Assembly: GCA_015233675.1 (NCBI GenBank)
Contig: JADFXH010000007.1
Span: 44,162 to 108,161 of the forward strand
Source: Candidatus Omnitrophota bacterium
GTDB lineage: Bacteria; Omnitrophota; Gorgyraeia; Zapsychrales; Fredricksoniimonadaceae
Direction: 5' to 3'
DNA: 64,000 nucleotides
Shown here: positions 9,473 to 19,700 of the stretch, one piece after another
How the letters are laid out: the number at the start of each line of letters is the position of its first letter
Position numbering within the stretch: position 1 is the stretch's first letter
Program-made: the position numbers and the translations under genes
Notes under the pieces: generated by a model
The model's database searches: none
What the model was told of the DNA's origin: nothing
Seen by the model: only the letters and a program-made list of their open reading frames with translations

Positions 9473-10512
9473 TTTAAAGAAGCTATATCAATGACGAATC
9501 GATATTTCACATCAGCCTTGATAACCCTTTCATAAGCCTCATTGATCTTGTTTATGGGTATTAATTCAATATCTGCGGTAATATTATGTTTGCCGCAGAA
9601 TTCCAGCATCTCCTGAGTTTCTTTAATTCCGCCGATCAAAGATCCCGCCAGACTGCGACGCCCCATAATCAAAGAAAAAGCATGAACTTGGGGAGCATCG
9701 CTGGGAACTCCCAGTAGGACCATGGTTCCGTCGCGTTTAAGTAATCCCAAATACTGCCCCCAATCCAATTTAACGGATACGGTATTAATGATCAAATCAA
9801 AATGACGCAACAAATTCTCAAATGTTTTGGGGTCACGGGTTTCATACACACAATCGGCGCCAAGACGCTTGGCATCGTCTTTCTTGTCCAAAGTTCGGGT
9901 CAAAACCGTAACCTCTGCCTTCATGGCATGTGCGATCTTAACGGCCATATGGCCTAAACCTCCTAAACCAATAACAGCCACCCGTTTTCCCGGGCCGGCA
10001 TTCCAATGGCGCAATGGCGAATAGGTGGTAACACCGGCACATAAAAGCGGAGCTACCTTATCAAGAGGAAGATTATCAGGAATATGAAGAACAAAATCCT
10101 GATGAACGACGATCTTGGTGGAATAACCGCCTTGAGCTAAGGTTTTATTATCTTTTTCAAGACAATTATAAGTAAAGACCGGTCTTGAACAAAACTGCTC
10201 TAAATTATCTTTGCAATCAGGACACTCACGGCAAGAATCAACCAAACAACCAACACCCACCTTATCTCCAACCTTAAATCGTGTCACCTTTGCCCCGACT
10301 TTCGATACTATACCTGCAATTTCATGTCCCGGAACCATAGGATAAAGGGAATTGCCCCATTCATTACGCGCTTGATGGATATCGGAATGGCAAACACCGC
10401 AATAAGCGATATCAATAGCCACATCATCAGCATCCACATCTCGACGAACAATTTGTAACGGCCCTAATGGCAGGGCGGCACTTAAAATCCCATAGGCTTT
10501 GACCTGCTGCAT
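9469..10512 (-). CDS. zinc-dependent NAD(P) alcohol dehydrogenase (cinnamyl-ADH/YahK-like)
   Basis: GVCHSDIH...PMVPGHEIAG catalytic-zinc motif, CRECPDCKDNLEQFC structural-zinc cysteines and GLGGLGHMAVK Rossmann motif. Confidence 0.85.
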   Translation of the reverse strand: MQQVKAYGILSAALPLGPLQIVRRDVDADDVAIDIAYCGVCHSDIHQARNEWGNSLYPMVPGHEIAGIVSKVGAKVTRFKVGDKVGVGCLVDSCRECPDCKDNLEQFCSRPVFTYNCLEKDNKTLAQGGYSTKIVVHQDFVLHIPDNLPLDKVAPLLCAGVTTYSPLRHWNAGPGKRVAVIGLGGLGHMAVKIAHAMKAEVTVLTRTLDKKDDAKRLGADCVYETRDPKTFENLLRHFDLIINTVSVKLDWGQYLGLLKRDGTMVLLGVPSDAPQVHAFSLIMGRRSLAGSLIGGIKETQEMLEFCGKHNITADIELIPINKINEAYERVIKADVKYRFVIDIASLK

Positions 10513-10620
10513 AGGTCCCTCCTTAATTTGACTCCTTTAATTTATTTTACAATAAAACAACTCCTAACAGGTAATAATTTTATTCAATAATTTCAAAATC
10601 TTAAAAAAACCCATAAAATC

Positions 10621-10649
10621 TTGGTTCTAAACGAAATCCGTGGTATAAA
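10621..10649 (+). promoter_or_regulatory. candidate sigma70-type promoter (TTGGTT-17 nt-TATAAA with TG extension), possibly giving a leaderless mRNA
   Basis: TTGGTT at 10621-10626, 17-nt spacer, TGGTATAAA with the -10 hexamer at 10644-10649. The ATG of the downstream ORF (10656) lies 6 nt after the -10 hexamer and has no Shine-Dalgarno sequence. Confidence 0.3.
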
Positions 10650-10655
10650 AAATAA

Positions 10656-12347
10656 ATGCTGAAAAAACACTTCCTGCTCTTAACTCTTTTGGCATCAGCT
10701 CTATTTTTCTTTTGTTCTCTGCATTATCAATACATCCTCTCTCAAGAAGATCACGGCCGCGACCTGTATACCTTTGCGCAAGTCTCACAGGGTAAACACA
10801 TCTACAAAGACATGTGGTGGGAGTATGGGCCGCTCATGCCCTACTATTACGCCCTGTTTGACATCCTGTTCGGATTAAAAATTTCCAGCGTACTTTTAGG
10901 CAAGGCGATCTTAAATATCTTTGGTTGCCTGTTTTTTTATCTGGCTTCCTGTGAGATAATGAGCACTCCCTGGGCTTTTCTATCAGCTTGCTTTTTCATG
11001 CTGCAACAGCATGACTTTTTTTATACCTATAATCATATCGGAGGCATTGCCCTATTCTTAATGCTTTTCTGGCAGATCTTGAAATATTTTCGAAATGGAG
11101 ATCAGAAAAATATTTTCTTAGCTCTTGGCAGTTGTTTATTGATCGGTTTTATCAAAATCAATTTTGGCATTAGCGCCCTGGCAGCAACTTTCCTATCTAT
11201 TATCATTATTGAAATTATCCATTCCCGTTTAAACAAAAAGAAACAAAGAACAAAACCTTTTTACCTCATCGGCCTCTTGATTGTACCGTTACTGTGGGGC
11301 ATCGTTTACTGTTTTATTCTTAATGGCTTAACGATCACCGAAATCAATCAATGCCTGCCTTATTTCGGAGACAATAAACCTATTATATCCACTCCCCTGC
11401 AAAGCATTAAGGGGTATTGGACACAAAATTACATATTTTTTCTAACTGATTGGTTATCTTTTCTGGAATCTTCGATTTTAATAACCCAAAATCCCACTCA
11501 ATTATTAAAGCCTTTTGTGCTCTTAACGTGTTCTATAGCTGTATTGAAACTATTTATTTATCCGTTAATTTTCGGGTCTATCATCAGCGCCTTTTGGATT
11601 TCTTTCACCAAGAAATTTAAAAGCAGACTCCTGGAATTCTGGCTGATCCAATCGGTTTTATGGCTCTTTATTGTCTTCAACCTTCACGAATATATTGTCA
11701 GCAATATTTGGTACAGGTCCTTTTGGTCACAGCCGTTTCTTTTATTCTTCTGCTTTTTTATGATCTCAACGGCCATATCCTTTGTCCCCAAATTCCGCTT
11801 CTTGGCTGGAGGGTTTTTCATTTCCCTTTTTATCCTCGTTACAATAAATGTTTGGATAGTTACGAAGAATTCCTGCACACCAGATAAATTCTTAAAAGCC
11901 ACAACCGGACAAATTTATGTCGGCAATGAATCAGGTTGGGTGTCTACATTTAACGAAGTCACCGATTATCTGAATAAAAATCTTAAAAAAGATGAACTAT
12001 TTTTTGCAATGCCTTGCGGCAGCCTTTTTTATTATCTGACAAATAAACCAAGCCCTAGCCGCCAGACCATCTTTTTTAATCTCTTCCATATCACGCCGCA
12101 ACAGGAACTTTCCGTTATTCGGGAATTGGAAAACAAAAAAGTCAACTATGTCCTGTTATCTAACCGCATAAAAACCAAATCGCCGGAATTGGGAGAATTT
12201 GGCAAGAGTTACTGCCGTCTCATCTATCAGTATGTCGGGAAGAATTTCATCCCTTTCTATAGTTATGGGGGCAACTGGAATATCCCTGCGGGGTGGGCCA
12301 ACAATCATGGGGTGATACTTTTAAAAAGGAAACCCGGGGCTTCCTAA
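10656..12347 (+). CDS. large polytopic membrane protein (ArnT/PMT-like glycosyltransferase fold suspected)
   Basis: 563 aa with at least 10 hydrophobic spans followed by a soluble C-terminal domain. This architecture resembles GT39/GT83-type lipid-linked sugar transferases. No catalytic motif was verified. Confidence 0.4.
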   Translation: MLKKHFLLLTLLASALFFFCSLHYQYILSQEDHGRDLYTFAQVSQGKHIYKDMWWEYGPLMPYYYALFDILFGLKISSVLLGKAILNIFGCLFFYLASCEIMSTPWAFLSACFFMLQQHDFFYTYNHIGGIALFLMLFWQILKYFRNGDQKNIFLALGSCLLIGFIKINFGISALAATFLSIIIIEIIHSRLNKKKQRTKPFYLIGLLIVPLLWGIVYCFILNGLTITEINQCLPYFGDNKPIISTPLQSIKGYWTQNYIFFLTDWLSFLESSILITQNPTQLLKPFVLLTCSIAVLKLFIYPLIFGSIISAFWISFTKKFKSRLLEFWLIQSVLWLFIVFNLHEYIVSNIWYRSFWSQPFLLFFCFFMISTAISFVPKFRFLAGGFFISLFILVTINVWIVTKNSCTPDKFLKATTGQIYVGNESGWVSTFNEVTDYLNKNLKKDELFFAMPCGSLFYYLTNKPSPSRQTIFFNLFHITPQQELSVIRELENKKVNYVLLSNRIKTKSPELGEFGKSYCRLIYQYVGKNFIPFYSYGGNWNIPAGWANNHGVILLKRKPGAS

Positions 12348-13195
12348 TCAAAGACAACTGTTTTATTGCCGTAACAAAGAATTTTTTTCTCCAGATGCCA
12401 ACGCACGGCACGGCTTAAAACAACCTTTTCTAAATCTTCACCTTTTCTTTTCAAGTCCTCCAGGGAATCGCGGTGACTAACGACCACAGTGTCCTGCGCG
12501 ATAATAGGCCCTTCGTCTAATTCTTCAGTCACAAAATGGCTGGTGGCACCAATGACTTTGACCCCTCTTTCATAGGCCTGCAAATAGGGGTTGCTCCCAG
12601 CAAACGCAGGCAAAAATGAATGGTGAATATTAATGATCTGCGACTCAAAGTGGCCGATGAATTGTTTTGTCAATATTTGATGATATCTAGCCAGAATAAC
12701 AAGATCAACCTTCTCAGCATTCAAAAGCTCTATCTGCTTTTTTTCCTGTTCGGCTTTATTATGGCGCTCAATAATAAATTCGGAAAACCTGATGGAAAAA
12801 TCATCCGCAACTTTCCTGGCATCGGGGTGATTGCTCACCAAAAGCACAATGTCGCAAAAAAGCTGTCCGGTCTTATGCCGCCACAAAAGATCGTACAGGC
12901 AGTGTAAATGTTTACTGACAAAAATAGCGACCCGCGGCTTTTGATCTGAAAACGAAAGCTTCCAGAACATATTAAAAGTATTGGCAATAACGGCGAAGGC
13001 CGGCTGAATATCCTCACGTTTTAGTCTAAAGTCATCAAGGGCCCATTCAATCCGCATAAAAAAAGTATTACTCTGTTCATCGATATGTTGATCAGCATGA
13101 ACGATATTGCCTTGATTATGAAATATGAAACTCGTGACTGCGGCAGTAATACCTTTTTGGTCCCTGCAAGAAATCAATAAAATGGCATGATTCAT
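12344..13195 (-). CDS. purU: formyltetrahydrofolate deformylase
   Basis: N-terminal ACT domain (ILLISCRDQKGITAAVTSFI) plus a formyltransferase core (VDLVILARYHQIL, NIHHSFLPAFAG, GATSHFVTEELDEGPII). Confidence 0.85.
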   Translation of the reverse strand: MNHAILLISCRDQKGITAAVTSFIFHNQGNIVHADQHIDEQSNTFFMRIEWALDDFRLKREDIQPAFAVIANTFNMFWKLSFSDQKPRVAIFVSKHLHCLYDLLWRHKTGQLFCDIVLLVSNHPDARKVADDFSIRFSEFIIERHNKAEQEKKQIELLNAEKVDLVILARYHQILTKQFIGHFESQIINIHHSFLPAFAGSNPYLQAYERGVKVIGATSHFVTEELDEGPIIAQDTVVVSHRDSLEDLKRKGEDLEKVVLSRAVRWHLEKKILCYGNKTVVFD

Positions 13196-13197
13196 GG

Positions 13198-13890
13198 CTA
13201 GTCCTTTTTTGGAATCGCTGGCATTGTGTCTGAAGACTTGACAGTCAAAGCAAAGACATCTGAAAACGGCCGGTCGCTTAACCAGCTGTCTGAGACCAGT
13301 ATATTCTTAACCGGTTGTGTTGGCCTGGGATTTGCAAAACTTATATGGTACATGGTGCAATCCCTGCGAACAGGGTTAACACCAACAGCCTTGCTTGTAA
13401 CGCCGTCTTTGGCCCAGGCAATCGATGGCAAATGAAACCAGTCCCAGAATACCGGAGCGGAGAGAATTTTATATGTCCCGTCCTGATAGGCAAAGGTCAC
13501 GGTCAAAACCGAATAGTAATAATTTTCTCCATACAAACGCAACAAAGAATCATGTTCATAGCTGTTTCCATAATTCCCCGAAGCTAAAAAATGGATCGCT
13601 TCAACCTTCATGCCGCAACGCACAGGAACAAGGAACATATTATTATTCCCAAGATTAAGCCTGCCATAATCTTGCCAATCATCAGCTCCTTTAACTAAAA
13701 AATCAACACCATCATATGCCAAATATTTGTTGGAGAATTTATTGGCTCCCGCACCCAAAGCAGCAAAATTCTCCCTCGTGTTTTTAGTCAAAAAATATAA
13801 ATTCCCCCAATTTTCCCACTGTTGGGTCGCCCCCCAAGAAGCTGTCATAAAAAGAAAACCCATGATTACAGAACATATAATTTTTTTCAT
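13198..13890 (-). CDS. secreted hypothetical protein
   Basis: The start was moved to the ATG at 13888-13890 (MKKIICSVIMGFLFMTASWGA signal peptide). The ORF-track start at 13926 is a TTG lying inside the neighbouring transposase remnant. Confidence 0.45.
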   Translation of the reverse strand: MKKIICSVIMGFLFMTASWGATQQWENWGNLYFLTKNTRENFAALGAGANKFSNKYLAYDGVDFLVKGADDWQDYGRLNLGNNNMFLVPVRCGMKVEAIHFLASGNYGNSYEHDSLLRLYGENYYYSVLTVTFAYQDGTYKILSAPVFWDWFHLPSIAWAKDGVTSKAVGVNPVRRDCTMYHISFANPRPTQPVKNILVSDSWLSDRPFSDVFALTVKSSDTMPAIPKKD

Positions 13891-13910
13891 GTTATTAATT
13901 TTAGGCGAAA

Positions 13911-14411
13911 TTATGGTGACACACAACTTAATTTATTTGGTTTAGGTCCTGGTTTTTGTCTTATTAATGCTCTGCCTGTTTTTCCTTCCAAAATTTTCAA
14001 AAATTCATTTGTTCCCAAAGGTCGTCCCGTACCGATGCTTTTTCTTAACTCTTTCACCTTTTCATCTTCCATCATCAAATACTCAGACCAATCTTTAATA
14101 ATATCCTGCAAATAACATCGCACGATCACCCCGTCTTGCCTTCCGTCTACATGACTTCTCGCACTAGACCAACGATAATCCTCTGCCCTCTTTACTATCC
14201 CTGTCCTTACTGGATTACGCTCAACATACCTTACCCCTAAAAAACTATACCCCCCATCCATTGGATAGCTTAAAAACCTTCCCTGCCATAAATACCCTTT
14301 CCATCCATGACATTCATTGATCACTTTTGTATACCGCCAATTTGTTTTCGCAAAGGCTTGAAAACTATCAGCATTATTGGGCACTGCAACCAAATGAACA
14401 TGATTATCCAT
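13911..14411 (-). pseudogene. IS200/IS605-type Y1 (HUH) transposase / RAYT-like gene, N-terminally truncated
   Basis: The ORF begins MDNHVHLV (HUH motif) and continues with [14 protein letters not shown] (catalytic Tyr region) and YRWSS. The roughly 60 residues that normally precede the HUH motif are missing. Confidence 0.6.
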
Positions 14412-14471
14412 TCAGGGGAAAACCTAAATTGAATTAAGTTGCGTGTCACCGTATCTCTGTCACCGTATCTC
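13915..14471. mobile_element. inverted-repeat-bounded transposase remnant
   Basis: GGTGACACACAACTTA (13915-13930) is the reverse complement of TAAGTTGCGTGTCACC (14435-14450) at 15 of 16 positions. The right end is followed by a direct duplication, TGTCACCGTATCTC x2 (14444-14457 and 14458-14471). Confidence 0.5.
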
Positions 14472-14485
14472 CATGAAGAGGCCTT

Positions 14486-15190
14486 TTACCAGGACACTTC
14501 CTTACGGTCCCGAAAGAGTTTACCTGAAGGCCCCCCATCAGGTAAGGTCGAAAGCCACACAGCTGTATCCGCCCCTTCTTCTACTGAACGAGTAGCGCCG
14601 GAACCGCCCATACGGGTTTTGACCCATCCAGGACACATACTATTTACTAAAATATTTGTTCCGGCAAGTTCCACCGCTAAAACTCTGGTTATGACATTGA
14701 TTGCTGTTTTAGACATTCGGTAGGCAAGGTAACCGCCGCCCATATCATTCAATTGCCCCAAGCCGCTTGAAATATTAACTATACGGCCATAATTGTTCTT
14801 CCTCATAAGCGGCAACAAAGCCTGACAAAGCAAATAGGGCCCATAAACATTTGTTTCCATAGTTTGGCGCACAGTAGCCACATCCGTATTAAAAAAATTA
14901 CCATCTTGATTATCAAGAAAAATCCCTGCATTATTGACTAAACAATCACAACGGCCAAATTCTTTTGTAAGAAAATCCGTTAGCTCTAAGATTTGGGAAG
15001 GATTAGTCACATCCAATGGGCAGAAACGCACCGGAAACTCATTTTTATTAAAATTAGTAACAGCTTCCAAACCGTCTTTTTCATGACGGGAAGTTAAAAC
15101 CACCATTAAATCTAACTTAGCCAGCTGACGGCAAATCTCATGCCCTATACCGCGATTGCCTCCGGTAACAACAACGACACGTTCTTTCAT
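14486..15190 (-). CDS. short-chain dehydrogenase/reductase (SDR)
   Basis: VVVVTGGNRGIG cofactor motif, NNAG, and the catalytic YRMSK (YxxxK). Confidence 0.85.
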   Translation of the reverse strand: MKERVVVVTGGNRGIGHEICRQLAKLDLMVVLTSRHEKDGLEAVTNFNKNEFPVRFCPLDVTNPSQILELTDFLTKEFGRCDCLVNNAGIFLDNQDGNFFNTDVATVRQTMETNVYGPYLLCQALLPLMRKNNYGRIVNISSGLGQLNDMGGGYLAYRMSKTAINVITRVLAVELAGTNILVNSMCPGWVKTRMGGSGATRSVEEGADTAVWLSTLPDGGPSGKLFRDRKEVSW

Positions 15191-15334
15191 GGGACACCTC
15201 CAGCTTTACAATTTCATTGCCTGCTTTAAAATAAAAACCGCCACGAACAGTCCTTCTGCAAGCGTCGCTGTAATACCCAATGGCTCGAAATTAATATTAT
15301 TAGCAGAATTCTTTTTACAATCAATTTAAAAACT

Positions 15335-16540
15335 TTAATCCTCATCGATTCCGCCTTCAGATATTTTTTCATGTTTTCCTTTATAAAGTTCAGCAAGAAG
15401 ATGCTTGGGCAAAAAAACAAGATTGGCGATCATGGTCGGGATCACGGCACTGGCAATAACTGCGGCAACAAGGAAAGAATACTGTTGCTTTGTCACTATC
15501 CCGTGAGAAAAACCATAAATCGCTGATATGGTTCCAAAAGTAAGCCCTGTGGACATCATCAGGGTATAATACCATTTTTCGAGACGCTGCTTACGAAATA
15601 AACCAATGACAGGATAAAGCCCGAAAATCTTAGAAAAGACTTTCCCTGTTAATAAAACCAAAAAGACAACAGGACAGGCAATTAAAGCGGGCATATAAAC
15701 TAGTGTTCCGGCCCGTAAAAAATAAAATGGCGTAAGAAAGCCTACTGTTAATGTCCTAAAACGTCTTACCCAATGCTCTTCCTTGGTGGCAAACTCAGCC
15801 ACTAATATTCCTGCAATATAGGCCGGTAATACAGCTTCACTTCCCGACCAATAAGCCAGCGCGCCTAAACCAAATAATACAAAAACTACCCATTTAGCCC
15901 TGATAGCAGCGGTCCTGTTACCATAAATATTCGTTAACTGCTTAGTAAAAAACGGAAACAACGAAAGCACGAGAGCACTCACTAAAATAAAAATAATTGA
16001 TTTGTAGGTGAATGGCGCAAATAAAAGTCCCAATACTATTACTGTACCTAGATCATTAACAAAACACGCCCCAAGGATGCCCTTGCCAAATTCCGTCTTG
16101 TTAAAGCCTGTCTCAAGCATAACAGCATAAACAACAGCCATTGACGTCGTGGAAAGAGCAACTCCCGCCAATAAGCTTGCCCGGGGATCCCAATGAAGCA
16201 CGTATCGTGCCAGTGTCGCGCACCCTAAGAATGGGGCCAAAAAACCGATAAATCCGACAACGGACACCTCCTTCCATTTTGTTTTAATAATTCGCGGATC
16301 GAGTTCTGCTCCGGCAAGAAACGTTAACAAGACAGCACCCGTAGAAGCTAAAAAACGCAGCCATTCTGAGTTGCTGCCAATAAAATCAGAGCCGCCAATG
16401 TAATAATTGGCGATAGCGGCAACTAAAATCCCTACACAAATTTCCACCAAAGCAATTGATATTCTAAGATGATACGCAATGATCGTAGATAAAACGGCAA
16501 GACCGATCCAAACAGTTGCAATAAAAAAAATCTGTTCCAT
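15335..16540 (-). CDS. cation:proton antiporter (CPA1/CPA2, Na+/H+ exchanger family)
   Basis: 401 aa with about 12 TM spans. Has the typical FLAGAELD and GLxxGTIS-like segments. RBS AAGGA lies upstream of the ATG at 16540. Confidence 0.7.
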   Translation of the reverse strand: MEQIFFIATVWIGLAVLSTIIAYHLRISIALVEICVGILVAAIANYYIGGSDFIGSNSEWLRFLASTGAVLLTFLAGAELDPRIIKTKWKEVSVVGFIGFLAPFLGCATLARYVLHWDPRASLLAGVALSTTSMAVVYAVMLETGFNKTEFGKGILGACFVNDLGTVIVLGLLFAPFTYKSIIFILVSALVLSLFPFFTKQLTNIYGNRTAAIRAKWVVFVLFGLGALAYWSGSEAVLPAYIAGILVAEFATKEEHWVRRFRTLTVGFLTPFYFLRAGTLVYMPALIACPVVFLVLLTGKVFSKIFGLYPVIGLFRKQRLEKWYYTLMMSTGLTFGTISAIYGFSHGIVTKQQYSFLVAAVIASAVIPTMIANLVFLPKHLLAELYKGKHEKISEGGIDED

Positions 16541-16571
16541 ACAACTTTCCTTTCTTCATATTAGCATATTA

Positions 16572-16738
16572 GTGTCAGTTCTCCCTAACCATTTGATTAT
16601 CAAAGGGTTAATTGTTAATTACCTCAATCTCAATAACTGAAATGCCGAGTTCTAATGCACTTTCCTTTTCGTAGGGGAAGAATATCGTGAATTTAACACT
16701 AACTTATTGTACTGCAATAGTTTGGGGAGAACTGACAC
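16572..16738. repeat. 167-bp intergenic unit bounded by a perfect 14-bp inverted repeat (MITE-like element or structured leader RNA)
   Basis: GTGTCAGTTCTCCC (16572-16585) and GGGAGAACTGACAC (16725-16738) are exact reverse complements. The unit lies between the stop of the GGDEF-EAL gene and the start of the antiporter gene. Confidence 0.5.
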
Positions 16739-16758
16739 CAATATAATATACTAATATA

Positions 16759-19700
16759 CTAGCGCGCTTGCGTTGCACAACTCTTTATGTACAAATCGGT
16801 TGCCTGGTCTTCGGGAACAGCTTTACTAAAAAGATACCCTTGAAAATAGTCACAACCGTCATTTGATAATTTCCTTAATTGCATCTCTGTTTCAACCCCC
16901 TCAGCCACAACACCTATATGAAGCTTATGAGCCAAATCAACAATTGCCGGGATTATAACAGCGCGTTCAGCATCTTTCTCGATTTCCTTAATAAATAACC
17001 TGTCGATTTTAACATTACCTATGGGTAACTGTTGCAGATGAACCAACGAGGAATATCCGCTGCCAAAATCATCCAAAGAAACTTGAACACCAAGAGAACG
17101 AATGGCTTTTAAAATCGAAATAGCGGCATCAAATGATTGAATCATCAGGCTCTCAGTAATTTCAATCTCCAAACACTCCGGGGGAAGTCCAGACTTATTG
17201 ATTGCGGAAATGATTACATCAAGAAAATCCTTTCGCCTAAGTTGATAAACGGATACGTTGACAGACACAACAGGCCTGCCCCAACCACCGTCAATCAGCT
17301 TCTTATTGAACCGGCATGCCTCATGCAAAACCCATTCGCCAATGGGAACAATAAGCCCGGTCTCTTCTGCCGCGGGGATAAATTCATCCGGAAAAATAAG
17401 CTCGCCTTCAGGAGGGAACCAACGTAAAAGGGCCTCAAACCCGCGGATCTTTCCGCTCCCAATGGAAATGATCGGCTGATAAAAAAGCCGAAAATTAGCA
17501 TTAGCCAGAGCTTGGTGCAACCCACGTTCAACCCACATTTTTCTTACAGCCTGGCGGTTCATTTCCGGATTAAAGAAACAATACGAATTCTTCCCGTCAT
17601 TTTTAGCTGAATACATCGCCGCATCAGCGTTTTTTAAAAGCTCCTCCATGTCATGCCCGTCATCAGGGAAAATAGCAATGCCGATGCTGGCTGTAATAAA
17701 AACCTCGTTGCCGGCAATTAAACGGGGGTTATCAAATTTCTCCCGAATGCGCTCGGCGACATACCGGGCACTTTCGCCGCTATCCAAGTCCCCCATAAAA
17801 ACAATAAACTCATCCCCTCCCAGGCGCGCAACGGTATCCATTTCCCGGACACATTCCCTGAGCTTCAGGGCCGCATCTTTCAGCAGCTCATCACCCATGG
17901 AATGGCCCATCGTGTCATTAACGCTCTTGGAGTTATCCAAATCAACAAACAAAATGGCGCAGCATTTCTTATCGCGTCTGGACAAAGCCAGGCCGGCGTT
18001 CGCCCTCGCAAAGAATAATGCACGGTTCGGAAGTCCCGTCAAAACATCATAATGAGCAAGGTATTCCAGACTGACTTCAAGCTTCTTTCTCTGGGTAATA
18101 TCGCGAATATTACACTGGATAACCTTACGGCTATCTACCAAGTAAACATTACTTACAAGTTCCACCTGAATAGCCCTTCCATCAGCTGTCTGAAGTTGTA
18201 TGTCTTCATAACGGACATATCCTTTTTCCCGCAATCTCTTAAAAACTTCCAGACCCTTTGTATTATCCCCAAAAAAATCAATATCCCAGAGATGCTTACC
18301 CAAATACTCCTTGTGTGAATACCCCAAGAGATTGACTAAAAACGGATTAACGTCCTCAATCAGGCCTGTTTCGGCGTTGACCAGAAGAATACCGTCTTCG
18401 CTCGACTCAAAAAGACGGCGATAGGAAAGTTCAGAAGCTTTCAAGGCCATCTCGCTTCTCTTTCGCTCTGTGATATCAGTTGTCAATCCCAAAATATACC
18501 GATCTCCAGCCAAATCAACCACCTCAGCTGATAAAGAAACGTCTCTGATCTGGCCTCCTCTCATGCGGAACTGTGTTTCAAAATCATCGATCCTGCCCTT
18601 TGTACGCAAAGCATCAATCATTTTTTCACGTTGTTCCATATAAACCCACATATTCAACATAAACGGAGTACTTCCGATCACAACCCCGCGGGGAAGATCG
18701 ATTAATTGTAAAAATTTATCATTAACATCGAGAATTTTTCCATCTGATAGTCTTATCAGGCTGCAGGCGATAGGGCTGGCACGAAAAACCGTGGCAAAGC
18801 GCTGTTCACTTTCCCTAAGAGCATCTTCAACCTGCCTTCGTTCGCTGACATTCTTAAAATATCCGATAATGCCATTAACCCTGCCTTGGGGATCACGCCT
18901 CGAAATATAATCCCCCTCGAAATATTCTTTTTCCCCTTTCTTCGAGATCAGGGGCAGATCGACATGCACAGGCTGACCCGTCTCAATAACGCGCCTTTTA
19001 ATCGCTGTAAGCTTATCCGCATCCTCTTTGGACAAAAAATCGTAATCGGTCTTTCCGACCATATCCTTTTCCGTAAATTCTAACTGGGGATTAATCACCA
19101 TTTCATACCTAAGATCAAGATCCTGAACTAGAAGTTGGTCGGGAGAATTAGCGGCGATAACCTTGAAACGCTCTTCGCTTTTGCGCAGCGCCTCCACCCC
19201 CTGCCAGCGCGAATCCTCATTGCCTAAGGCAGAAGCAAGTATCCCAAGAGTCCAGCGGTCATCTTTGCTGGGCTGATAATCCATCTGATACAGTACGCAA
19301 AGCGAACCCACCGGCCTGCCGTCACATTTGACTGAACAACCCATATATGTTCTAAGTCCGTATGCCCGGACATTGAGGTCAGTCTCAAAATATTTAGTAT
19401 TCGGCAAATCACAGACCACAACCACATCATCTTTTTGTGCGCGGATAATATCATAACAAATATGCCCCTCAGGGGTATTTTTTTGCCTGAACCCCGCCGG
19501 AGTATTCCATTGCCCCAGGGAACAAAGCTGGTCGTTCTCTAGACGGTTATAAAGAGCGCAAGAGGCCCCCAGTAATTTGCCGGCCAACGCGACCAGTCGG
19601 TTGATGTTGCCTTCGTGGTCACGGTCAAAACTCAAGAGGCAATCATTGATCTTTGCCAAACGCTCCGCGTTCTTATTTTGCAACTCCTGAGCCTTCACAT

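Noticed and set aside
15226-15420. 64-aa minus-strand ORF downstream of the antiporter
   Set aside because: It overlaps the antiporter C-terminus in another frame, is hydrophobic/AT-rich low-complexity sequence, and has no RBS.
16541-16758. c-di-GMP riboswitch associated with the GGDEF-EAL gene
   Set aside because: The region lies downstream (3') of that gene and upstream of the antiporter. I could not recognise the GEMM consensus by eye.
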